DNA from: an uncultured Planctomycetia bacterium
GTDB lineage: Bacteria; Omnitrophota; Gorgyraeia; JABMRJ01; CAYVIU01
Assembly: GCA_964451625.1 (NCBI GenBank)
Contig: CAYVIU010000004.1
Span: 1 to 24,000 of the forward strand
DNA length: 24,000 nucleotides
Direction: 5' to 3'
Of the stretch, positions 8,542 through 15,090 are shown piece by piece. Within the stretch, counting starts at the first letter, position 1, and each line of letters starts with the position of its first letter. Below the pieces are notes generated by a model. It had not been told where the DNA came from. It saw only the letters and a program-made list of their open reading frames with translations, and made no database searches. Position numbers and translations under genes: made by a program.

Positions 8542-10200
8542 CTAGATTGCTTGTTTTATTACCTTATCGTACTGGAGTGACCCGGTGATGGCCTGGGCAA
8601 CGTTTGTCAGGTGGTCGCCTATCTTCTCCATGTTATTTACAAAATCAAGGAATATTATCCCGCTTATGACATAGCACTTGCCTGCATTTAAGCGTTCAAT
8701 GTGCTTTTGCCTGAACTCCATCTGGTATCTGTTAAGCACGTCTTCTCTTGCAAGGGCCTTTTTGGCGCTTTTAACATCTGATTCTTTGAGCGCGAAGATA
8801 ACCTTGGTTATCATACTGTCTACTTCGTTATACATAAGGCGCAGTTCGCGGATCGCGTCTTCGCTAAAGGGGAGTTTTTCCTCGATGGCGCGTTCTGCAA
8901 GCTCCACCAGGTTTTCGGCATGGTCTCCAACCCTTTCGATGTCGTTTACGGAATGTAATAATACGGGAATCTCTTCTGATTCCTCGCGGGTGAGGTTCCT
9001 TTGTGAAAGTTCCACGAGATACTGGGTTATTTCTCTCTGTAAATTATCAATGGCGTCTTCTTCTTTCCTTACCTTGCCCAACTGCTTGATGTTCCGGTTA
9101 AAGAATCCATTCATTGCATCGCGAAGCGCATCCTGGCTGAACTGCGTCATCCGTACGATTTCATTTGTGGCCTGGTCAAGTGCGATAGGCGGGGTATTCA
9201 AAAGGTGTTTTTCCAGGAATTGCGGCTCTGCGTGGGCTTCGTCTACTTCCCCGGGCACCACAATCTTTGAAACCTTCTCCAATAACCCCATAAGCGGCAA
9301 AAATGCTACTGTGTTTACAATATTAAAAACCGTATGGGAATTGGCTATATGTCTCAGTATGTTTCCGTCGGTTGCCTGGCCAGGTGTTATGAACTCTATA
9401 AATCTCAGATACATGCCATTGTTGACAAAGTATAATATGTATGCCACGCCGATTACATTAAAAAATGTGTGTACCATCGCAGCCCTTCTTGAAGATATGT
9501 TTGTGCCTATACTGGCAAGTTGTGCAGTTATGGTAGTTCCGATATTGGTGCCAAGGACAAGATAGATCGCACCTTCAAGAGGTATAAGGCCTGTTGCGGC
9601 AAGCGCCATGATCAGACCGATCGACGCAGTTGAAGACTGTACTGCTACGGTCACGAGTGTGCCGGCAACCACACCTAATACAGGGTTAACACTAAAGTTC
9701 GTTAAAAACATCTTTATATTTTCACTGTCTCTTAAAGGGTGTAGGACGTCTTTCATGATCATCAATCCCAGAAATAATATTCCAAATCCCAGAATAGTCT
9801 CGCCCAGGAACTTTACATTTTTCTTCTTGGCCACCATCCACAGAAGAAATCCTAATCCGATAGCAGGGAGTGCGTATTTATGAATTTGGAATGCGATAAT
9901 CTGGGCAGTTATGGTGGTTCCTATGTTCGCACCCATTATTACGCCTATAGCCTGCTTCAGGACCATGAGCCCTGCATTAACAAAGCCGACAACCATGACA
10001 GTGGTCACACTTGAAGACTGCACTATAGCCGTTACCATAGCCCCTATAAAGATTCCGACTATAGGCTTATCTGTCAGGATCTTTAAAATCTGACGGAGTT
10101 TATGGCCGGCAATCTTCTGAAGCCCTTCCGAAAGGAGCTTCATTCCAAAAAGAAATAATCCTAAACCTCCTACTATGCCGAAAACAATCGTCTGTGTCAT
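8542..10200 (-). CDS. Na+/phosphate cotransporter family protein with C-terminal PhoU-like repeats
   Basis: 552 aa. Duplicated membrane halves carrying the QSSS..T motifs (VQSSSVTTVMVVG and VQSSTASIGLIMA), then PhoU-type helices (ERVGDHAENL, EKIGDHLTNV). Confidence 0.9.
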   Translation of the reverse strand: MTQTIVFGIVGGLGLFLFGMKLLSEGLQKIAGHKLRQILKILTDKPIVGIFIGAMVTAIVQSSSVTTVMVVGFVNAGLMVLKQAIGVIMGANIGTTITAQIIAFQIHKYALPAIGLGFLLWMVAKKKNVKFLGETILGFGILFLGLMIMKDVLHPLRDSENIKMFLTNFSVNPVLGVVAGTLVTVAVQSSTASIGLIMALAATGLIPLEGAIYLVLGTNIGTTITAQLASIGTNISSRRAAMVHTFFNVIGVAYILYFVNNGMYLRFIEFITPGQATDGNILRHIANSHTVFNIVNTVAFLPLMGLLEKVSKIVVPGEVDEAHAEPQFLEKHLLNTPPIALDQATNEIVRMTQFSQDALRDAMNGFFNRNIKQLGKVRKEEDAIDNLQREITQYLVELSQRNLTREESEEIPVLLHSVNDIERVGDHAENLVELAERAIEEKLPFSEDAIRELRLMYNEVDSMITKVIFALKESDVKSAKKALAREDVLNRYQMEFRQKHIERLNAGKCYVISGIIFLDFVNNMEKIGDHLTNVAQAITGSLQYDKVIKQAI

Positions 10201-10206
10201 AATCCC

Positions 10207-10596
10207 CTACTTTTTCTTTTCCTTTTTTTTAAAATAATCATCAATCGCGCCTTTTAGCGCGTTTTCTGCCAGAACCGAACAGTGCATCTTGACCGGAGGA
10301 AGGCCGCCGAGTGCTTCGGCTACGGCCCTGTTTGAAATTTTTAAAGCCTCATCAACTGTTTTTCCCTTAACAAGTTCTGTAACCATACTACTCGTCGAAA
10401 TAGCGGCTCCACAACCCAGAGTTTTAAACTTTGCATCTACTATTATTCCATTTCTAACTTTTATATACATTTCCATGATGTCGCCACATTGTGGATTTCC
10501 TACGTGACCGATACCATCGGCGTCTGGCATTTCGCCGACGTTTCTCGGATTCTTGAAATGATCCATTACCTTTTCTGAGTATTGTTCGAATGCCAT
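10207..10596 (-). CDS. nifU: Fe-S cluster assembly scaffold, NifU/IscU N-terminal type
   Basis: 129 aa. The three scaffold cysteines sit in canonical context (NPQCGD, LGCGAAI, KMHCSVLAE). TAATG overlap with nifS. Confidence 0.9.
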   Translation of the reverse strand: MAFEQYSEKVMDHFKNPRNVGEMPDADGIGHVGNPQCGDIMEMYIKVRNGIIVDAKFKTLGCGAAISTSSMVTELVKGKTVDEALKISNRAVAEALGGLPPVKMHCSVLAENALKGAIDDYFKKKEKKK

Positions 10597-11765
10597 TATT
10601 TCTCCTTGTATAGAGGAGACATTTTTCTTAATCTATTTATTATAGGTGGAAGTTTTTCTATTGTATAGTCAATGTCTTCCTCGGTGTTTGTTCTGCCTAA
10701 TGAAAATCTTATAGAACCCTGCGCTGTCAGATGAGATAACCCCATTGCCAGTAAAACATGGGAGGGTTCCAGGCTGCCGGATGTACACGCAGATCCTGTT
10801 GAAACAGCAATGCCCTCCATATCTAGATTTAGAATGATAGATTCACCTTCTATGTATTTAAAACTTATATTAAGTGTGTTTGGAAGGCGTTTTTCAGGAT
10901 GGCCGTTCAGTTTTACCTCTTTTATATTCTTTTTTATGCCTTCGTAGAGGCGTTCGCGCAAGGTCCTAAGCTTTTTCGCTTCGGAATTCATCTCTTTCAT
11001 GGCGATAAGAGCGGCCTTTCCCAAACCCACTATGGCCGGGACGTTTTCAGTCCCTGCGCGGCGGTTTTTCTCATGGTGGCCGCCTTGTTGGATAGAGCTT
11101 ATCCTGGTCCCTTTTTTAATGTACAATGCCCCCGCACCTTTCGGGCCATAGAACTTGTGTCCGGATAAACTCAAGAGGTCCACACCAAGCTTTTTGACAT
11201 CAACCGGGACCTTTCCAACGGCCTGCACTGCATCCGTGTGGACTGTTACACCCTTATCTTTTGTAATCTTTGCCACTTCCTCGATCGGTTCAATTGTGCC
11301 CATCTCATTGTTGGCATACATCATGGTTACAAGAATTGCCTTATCAGTAATGGACTTTTTAAGCTCATCGAGTTTGATTATGCCGTATTCATCCACGCCG
11401 ACAAACGCTGTGTGATAACCTTTTTTTGCCAGGAACTTACATGAGTTCTCCACTGCATGGTGTTCAATGGTACTTGTTATGATGTGATTTCCTTTTTCTT
11501 TTAAGGCGAGGGCCACGCCCTTGACGGCAAAGTTGTCGCTTTCTGTGCCGCCGCTTGTAAATACGATTTCGTCGGGTGAGGCGGCGCCGATTAGTTGGGC
11601 AACACTTGTCCTTGCCTCTTCAACCGCACTTCTTGCAGTCCTTCCGAATTGGTGGACGCTGGAGGGATTGCCGAATGTGTCTTTATAAAATGGCAGCATT
11701 GCATCCAGGACTTCAGGATGGGTTGGGGTGGTGGCGTTGTTATCTAGGTATACTCGTTTTTGCAT
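10596..11765 (-). CDS. nifS: cysteine desulfurase, NifS type (class V aminotransferase)
   Basis: 389 aa. YLDNNATTP N-terminus, PLP lysine motif SLSGHKFYGPKG, and active-site loop STGSACTSG. Confidence 0.92.
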   Translation of the reverse strand: MQKRVYLDNNATTPTHPEVLDAMLPFYKDTFGNPSSVHQFGRTARSAVEEARTSVAQLIGAASPDEIVFTSGGTESDNFAVKGVALALKEKGNHIITSTIEHHAVENSCKFLAKKGYHTAFVGVDEYGIIKLDELKKSITDKAILVTMMYANNEMGTIEPIEEVAKITKDKGVTVHTDAVQAVGKVPVDVKKLGVDLLSLSGHKFYGPKGAGALYIKKGTRISSIQQGGHHEKNRRAGTENVPAIVGLGKAALIAMKEMNSEAKKLRTLRERLYEGIKKNIKEVKLNGHPEKRLPNTLNISFKYIEGESIILNLDMEGIAVSTGSACTSGSLEPSHVLLAMGLSHLTAQGSIRFSLGRTNTEEDIDYTIEKLPPIINRLRKMSPLYKEK

Positions 11766-11779
11766 ATATATCCCATATA

Positions 11780-11808
11780 ATTATACTAAATAGATAGGTA
11801 ATTGGCAA
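11780..11808 (-). promoter_or_regulatory. sigma-70-type promoter for nifS-nifU. TTGCCA-N17-TATAAT with a short leader.
   Basis: On the minus strand, TTGCCA is the complement of 11803-11808. A 17-nt spacer follows, then TATAAT (complement of 11780-11785), then TATATGGGATATAT-ATG. Consensus matching by eye only. Confidence 0.5.
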
Positions 11809-11846
11809 GCACGAAAAAAGGCTATTTTGTGAGGGGTTGTATCGGT

Positions 11847-11889
11847 GGGGACACTTTCCTTCGAAAAAATTATGTTGGAAAGTGTCCCC
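11847..11889. repeat. perfect 13-bp-stem hairpin (GGGGACACTTTCC / GGAAAGTGTCCCC, 17-nt loop); member of a GGGGACACTT repeat family
   Basis: Arms at 11847-11859 and 11877-11889 are exact reverse complements. Located 4 nt after the stop of the MetV-like gene. No U-tract directly follows, so it is not a canonical intrinsic terminator. Its core recurs at 14811-14846. Confidence 0.7.
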
Positions 11890-11893
11890 TAGC

Positions 11894-12547
11894 TTATGAT
11901 AATATGCTAAGTTTACGGGGTTTTCCGGCCCTGGAATAGTCTTTGGGCGGGTAGATCTCCTTTAACAAAGCGAGCCTTCCCGTTTTTTTAAGGTCATTAT
12001 ATATCAATGTCCACACGCAGTCTCTGTCCTTGTCTACCTCGCATTTACCTTTGTCCGTGCCGCCGCAGGGGCCGTTCAGCATGCCCTTGGGGCAGCGTGT
12101 AACAGGACAAATGCCTCCGGTAAACTCCAGTATGCATTCTCCACAGGCAGAGCATTTTTCTAAAAATACCCCTTCTTTGTCAACGGCGCCCATGAACAAT
12201 GTATCGCAACCGGCGTGAACTATCTTCCCAAATCTATCATTGTCTTTTATAGACTGAATCCCAAGCCCGCAAGCCAAAACCAATATGGAATCTGCCTCTC
12301 CTAACGCCTTTTTATTCTTTGCAAAGGCAATCCTGATCTGGCTGGCCACGCAAGGTGCCTTTGGCACAACCCAGCCTGTGACGGTCTTGCCGGAGGCTTC
12401 CAGGGCCTTTTTCATTTCCAGGACCTCTGCTTCCCCGCCGGCCTTGCAGGTAGTGGAACACTCCCCGCATCCGACGATAAAGACCTTCTTCTCCCCGCCC
12501 AGGTATTTCAGGATTTCCTTAAATTCTTTCTGCTTGCTTATAATCAT
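11894..12547 (-). CDS. MetV-like Cys-rich protein (methylenetetrahydrofolate reductase C-terminal domain family, MTHFR_C)
   Basis: 217 aa with 14 Cys. The motif CPVTRCPKGMLNGPCGG plus CSACGEC is what I recognise from the MTHFR_C/MetV family of acetogens. No metF is adjacent. Confidence 0.65.
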   Translation of the reverse strand: MIISKQKEFKEILKYLGGEKKVFIVGCGECSTTCKAGGEAEVLEMKKALEASGKTVTGWVVPKAPCVASQIRIAFAKNKKALGEADSILVLACGLGIQSIKDNDRFGKIVHAGCDTLFMGAVDKEGVFLEKCSACGECILEFTGGICPVTRCPKGMLNGPCGGTDKGKCEVDKDRDCVWTLIYNDLKKTGRLALLKEIYPPKDYSRAGKPRKLSILS

Positions 12548-12766
12548 TTAAACTGCTTCCACCTTTTTAATGGATGGTACTCTTTCTTTTAACCTCTGTT
12601 CAACAAAATTTGTAAGCGTCATCTGGCTCATGGGGCATCCTGCGCACGCTCCCTTAAGCCTTACCTTGACTACGCCTTCAGTTACATCTACCAATTCTAT
12701 ATCGCCCCCGTCGGCCTGAAGGTTCGGACGGATTTCTGATATAGCGTTTTTGATTTCGTCTATCAT
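12548..12766 (-). CDS. NifU C-terminal (Nfu-type) Fe-S cluster carrier domain protein
   Basis: 72 aa. The sequence IRPNLQADGGDIELVDV..GVVKVRLKGACAGCPMS contains the CxxC of the Nfu/NifU C-terminal domain. AAAGGAG lies 6 nt upstream of the ATG. Confidence 0.85.
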   Translation of the reverse strand: MIDEIKNAISEIRPNLQADGGDIELVDVTEGVVKVRLKGACAGCPMSQMTLTNFVEQRLKERVPSIKKVEAV

Positions 12767-12790
12767 GAACAGCTCCTTTCGAAATGCCGC

Positions 12791-13003
12791 TTAGCGGGAT
12801 GATACCCGTATCTTGACCTTGTTGATTTCCACGCTCATCTGGCCCAGTCGGGTAATTATCTCTTTTTGATTCTGCAGTATCTCACTCAATTTTTGTGAAA
12901 TTCCACTGTCGCCCTGTGCCTTGATAGGCAAAACAGCTGTCCACAAAAATACTACGGCTAAAAATATCGCAACGAGCAATGCAAAAGACCATTTTTTTCT
13001 CAT
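12791..13003 (-). CDS. small hypothetical protein with an N-terminal signal/anchor helix and a short coiled coil
   Basis: 70 aa, MRKKWSFALLVAIFLAVVFLWTAVLPIKAQG.... AGGAG lies 7 nt upstream. ATGA overlap with the RseC-like gene suggests translational coupling. I recognise no homology. Confidence 0.5.
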   Translation of the reverse strand: MRKKWSFALLVAIFLAVVFLWTAVLPIKAQGDSGISQKLSEILQNQKEIITRLGQMSVEINKVKIRVSSR

Positions 13004-13422
13004 CTCTTTTCTCCTGCCAGTGTAATAGTGGGTTGAAATCTCTCTTTATTCATCAAATCAAGCCTTCTGATTACAAATAAAGAAACAATCAAAAGCGCCA
13101 GGGCTCCTCCAACGGAAAATATCTCCTTAAGATGGGCAAGCCCCATGAAATTGGCCAAAAAATTGCCTGTGAAAAGCCCTGAAAGCAATCCCAAGAGAGG
13201 CAGCGCATACACTATTACAGCCCCTTTTAAGATTACTGCGTCATCCATGTGTAAAAGAACTCTATCGCCTGCCCCCGCGCCTATGGAATTATCAAGTTCG
13301 ATATGCATCAGCTTCTTATCGTGTTTGGTGCAGAGCTTGCATCCTGTACACGCAGGGTTTCGTTCTATCTCAACGGTGATTTTTCCGTTTTTAACCCGGG
13401 AAATAACGCCTTCTTCTACCAT
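13000..13422 (-). CDS. RseC/MucC-family (SoxR-reducing-system-type) membrane protein
   Basis: 140 aa. The N-terminal soluble part carries CTGCKLC, followed by two predicted TM helices (AVIVYALPLLGLLSGLF and FSVGGALALLIVSLFVI). This is the standard RseC architecture. Confidence 0.65.
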   Translation of the reverse strand: MVEEGVISRVKNGKITVEIERNPACTGCKLCTKHDKKLMHIELDNSIGAGAGDRVLLHMDDAVILKGAVIVYALPLLGLLSGLFTGNFLANFMGLAHLKEIFSVGGALALLIVSLFVIRRLDLMNKERFQPTITLAGEKR

Positions 13423-13426
13423 TTTT

Positions 13427-13455
13427 ATTATAGCACAGCTTTAGAATCTCTTCAA
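13427..13455 (-). promoter_or_regulatory. sigma-70-type promoter, TTGAAG-N17-TATAAT, only 4 nt upstream of the ATG. Predicts a leaderless or near-leaderless mRNA.
   Basis: On the minus strand: TTGAAG (complement 13450-13455), a 17-nt spacer, TATAAT (complement 13427-13432), AAAA, then ATG (13420-13422). There is no SD. The -35 element overlaps the rarA stop codon. Confidence 0.45.
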
Positions 13456-14762
13456 TTACTCTTTTCAAGGTCCTTAAGCCACTGGCCTATCTTTTTTTCA
13501 TAGCCAATTGCCGTCGGGATATAGTATTTTTTCTTGTCCGGTATGTATTCCTGTTCTACAAAGTGATTTTCATGGTCGTGGGCATATTTATAGCCCTGGC
13601 CATGACCGAGCCTTTTTGCCCCTTTATAGCTGGCGTCCCTCAAATGCACGGGTACCTCCATGGTGCGGCCCATCTCTACGTCTTTAAGCGCCCTTTCTAT
13701 GCCGAGATACGCGGCGTTTGATTTGGGTGCGGTGGCTATATAAACTGTTGCCTGCGCAAGGGGTATCCTTGCCTCAGGCATACCTATGAATTCTGATACC
13801 TGGAGGGCTGCATTTGCCACAACAATCGCCTGCGGATCTGCGTTGCCTACGTCTTCGGCGGCGCATATTACAATTCTACGCGCTATGAACCGAGGGTCCT
13901 CGCCTGCGTAGATCATTTTTGCAAGCCAGTAAAGCGCGGCATCAGGGTCTGAACCGCGCATGCTCTTTATGAATGCGGATATGGTGTCATAGTGGCCATC
14001 TTCGTTCTTGTCATACAAAACTGCTTTCTTCTGGATGGACTCCTCGGCTGTTACGAGGTCAAAATCTATTGTACCCTTCTTTGCCTTTGTAGTAAGCACG
14101 CCTACTTCGAGTGCGTTCATTGCCCGGCGCGCATCTCCGTCGGAGCGGGAGGCGATGTGCTCGAGCGCTGCATCATGTATTTTAATCTTCTTTTTACCGA
14201 AACCCCTCTCTTTATCGGCTATTGCCCGTTTTAAAACAATTTTTAAGTCGTCTATGGAAAGGGGTTTTAGTTCAAAGACCTGTGACCTTGAAATAAGCGG
14301 GGCAACGATTGAGAAAAACGGGTTGGAGACTGTGGCACCTATAAGGATGGGGTTGCCTTCTTCCACGTCCGGCATCAGGACATCCTGCTGGGCCTTGTTA
14401 AAACGATGTATTTCATCGATAAAGAGTATTGTCCTTTTGCCGTCAATTGCCCTTTTCTTCTTTGCCTGGGCAATAATGGTCCTCATCTCCTGGACATTGC
14501 TTGTGGTGGCATTGATCCTTGAAAAGTGAGAGCCCGTAACATTGCTTACTACGTAAGCAAGGGTCGTCTTGCCGCATCCGGGCGGGCCGTAGAGGATTAA
14601 AGAGGTAATCCTGTCGGCCTGGATAGCCCTTTTAAGGAGTTTTCCTTCTCCAAGGATGTGCCCCTGGCCGGCAAATTCCTCCAGGGTCCTCGGCCTCATC
14701 CTGACGGCCAGAGGCATCCTTAATTCCTTGTTTTTGGTCTCTTTCCCCTCGAATAGATCCAT
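13452..14762 (-). CDS. rarA: replication-associated recombination protein A (AAA+ ATPase RarA/MgsA)
   Basis: 436 aa. PLAVRMRPRTLEEFAGQ, Walker A GPPGCGKTT, Walker B LFIDEIHRFNK, and the C-terminal MgsA region (YDTISAFIKSMRGSDPDAALYWLA). The start may instead be the internal Met16. Confidence 0.92.
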   Translation of the reverse strand: MDLFEGKETKNKELRMPLAVRMRPRTLEEFAGQGHILGEGKLLKRAIQADRITSLILYGPPGCGKTTLAYVVSNVTGSHFSRINATTSNVQEMRTIIAQAKKKRAIDGKRTILFIDEIHRFNKAQQDVLMPDVEEGNPILIGATVSNPFFSIVAPLISRSQVFELKPLSIDDLKIVLKRAIADKERGFGKKKIKIHDAALEHIASRSDGDARRAMNALEVGVLTTKAKKGTIDFDLVTAEESIQKKAVLYDKNEDGHYDTISAFIKSMRGSDPDAALYWLAKMIYAGEDPRFIARRIVICAAEDVGNADPQAIVVANAALQVSEFIGMPEARIPLAQATVYIATAPKSNAAYLGIERALKDVEMGRTMEVPVHLRDASYKGAKRLGHGQGYKYAHDHENHFVEQEYIPDKKKYYIPTAIGYEKKIGQWLKDLEKSN

Positions 14763-14810
14763 GATTACACAATAGCATAAACAGGGTTAAATTACAATAG
14801 GTAAGGGGAG

Positions 14811-14868
14811 GGGGACACTTCTCGCTTCAAATCTGGGACACTTCTCCTCACGATTTGAGAACCGTCCC
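14811..14868. repeat. two direct copies of GGGACACTTCTC plus one imperfect inverted copy; same core as the 11847 hairpin
   Basis: GGGACACTTCTC occurs at 14812-14823 and 14835-14846. GAGAACCGTCCC at 14857-14868 pairs 5+5 bp around a 2x2 internal loop. GGGGACACTT (14811-14820) is identical to 11847-11856. Confidence 0.7.
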
Positions 14869-14882
14869 TAAAACGGGCAAAG

Positions 14883-15056
14883 AAAAAACCCCGCGGGTGT
14901 CGTGTGGAATTAACAGAAGTTCTGAACCTGTTTAGTTACAGGTGGGTGCTCTCTTGCCGCATCCTCGGACACAGCAAAGTTAAGCTCCCCTTTTTTTCAT
15001 GTTGGTTCAAACTCTGCCAATCGAACCACGAACACCGCAGGGGTATATCCACCCCC
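14883..15056 (-). ncRNA. ssrS: candidate structured small RNA of about 170 nt with 6S-RNA-like architecture: a long closing helix, a large central bubble and a terminal stem-loop
   Basis: Hand fold of the minus-strand transcript.
- Closing helix, first segment: CCCCUGCGGUGUUCGUGG (complement 15026-15043) pairs with CCACACGACACCCGCGGGG (complement 14889-14907), about 16 bp.
- Closing helix continues with AUUGGCAGAG/CUUCUGUUAAU (10 bp, including 2 G-U pairs that would be C-A on the plus strand) and UUUGAACC/GGUUCAGAA (8 bp).
- A roughly 12 x 11 nt internal loop follows (AACAUGAAAAAA versus GUAACUAAACA).
- An imperfect terminal hairpin of about 50 nt closes the structure.
- The RNA ends in GGGGUUUUUU and has its own promoter.
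There is no credible ORF. The 6S assignment rests on architecture only. Confidence 0.45.
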
Positions 15057-15057
15057 A

Positions 15058-15085
15058 AGTATATCATAATTTTCCGGAATTGCAA
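15058..15085 (-). promoter_or_regulatory. sigma-70-type promoter, TTGCAA-N16-TATACT, directly downstream of the pheT stop; would drive the candidate sRNA
   Basis: On the minus strand: TTGCAA (15080-15085), a 16-nt spacer, TATACT (complement of 15058-15063), then a G-run at the expected +1 position. Confidence 0.4.
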
Positions 15086-15090
15086 TATGG

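Noticed and set aside
8678-9565. Long plus-strand ORFs (8678..9565, 295 aa; 18156..18875, 239 aa; 16073..16672, 199 aa; 6983..7510, 175 aa; also the plus-strand ORFs at 10..2180)
   Set aside because: Each lies entirely antisense to a strongly recognisable minus-strand gene (Na/Pi transporter, ktrA, pheT, rny, dxs). Their translations are Ser/Phe/Leu-rich low-complexity strings with no recognisable motifs and no SD. They are shadow ORFs.
15014-15030. T-loop-like GGTTCGATT (minus strand) suggesting a tRNA or tmRNA 3' end
   Set aside because: The flanking bases do not form a T-stem. There is no acceptor stem or CCA context, and no tag-peptide frame. The segment is better explained as part of the long closing helix.
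14883-15056. SRP (4.5S) RNA as the identity of the long hairpin RNA
   Set aside because: The apical region lacks the conserved domain IV sequence (GGUCCGGAAGGAAGCAGC with a GGAA tetraloop). The nearest string, GUCCGAGGAUGCGGCA, does not form the required loop-closing pairs. The large central internal loop fits 6S better.
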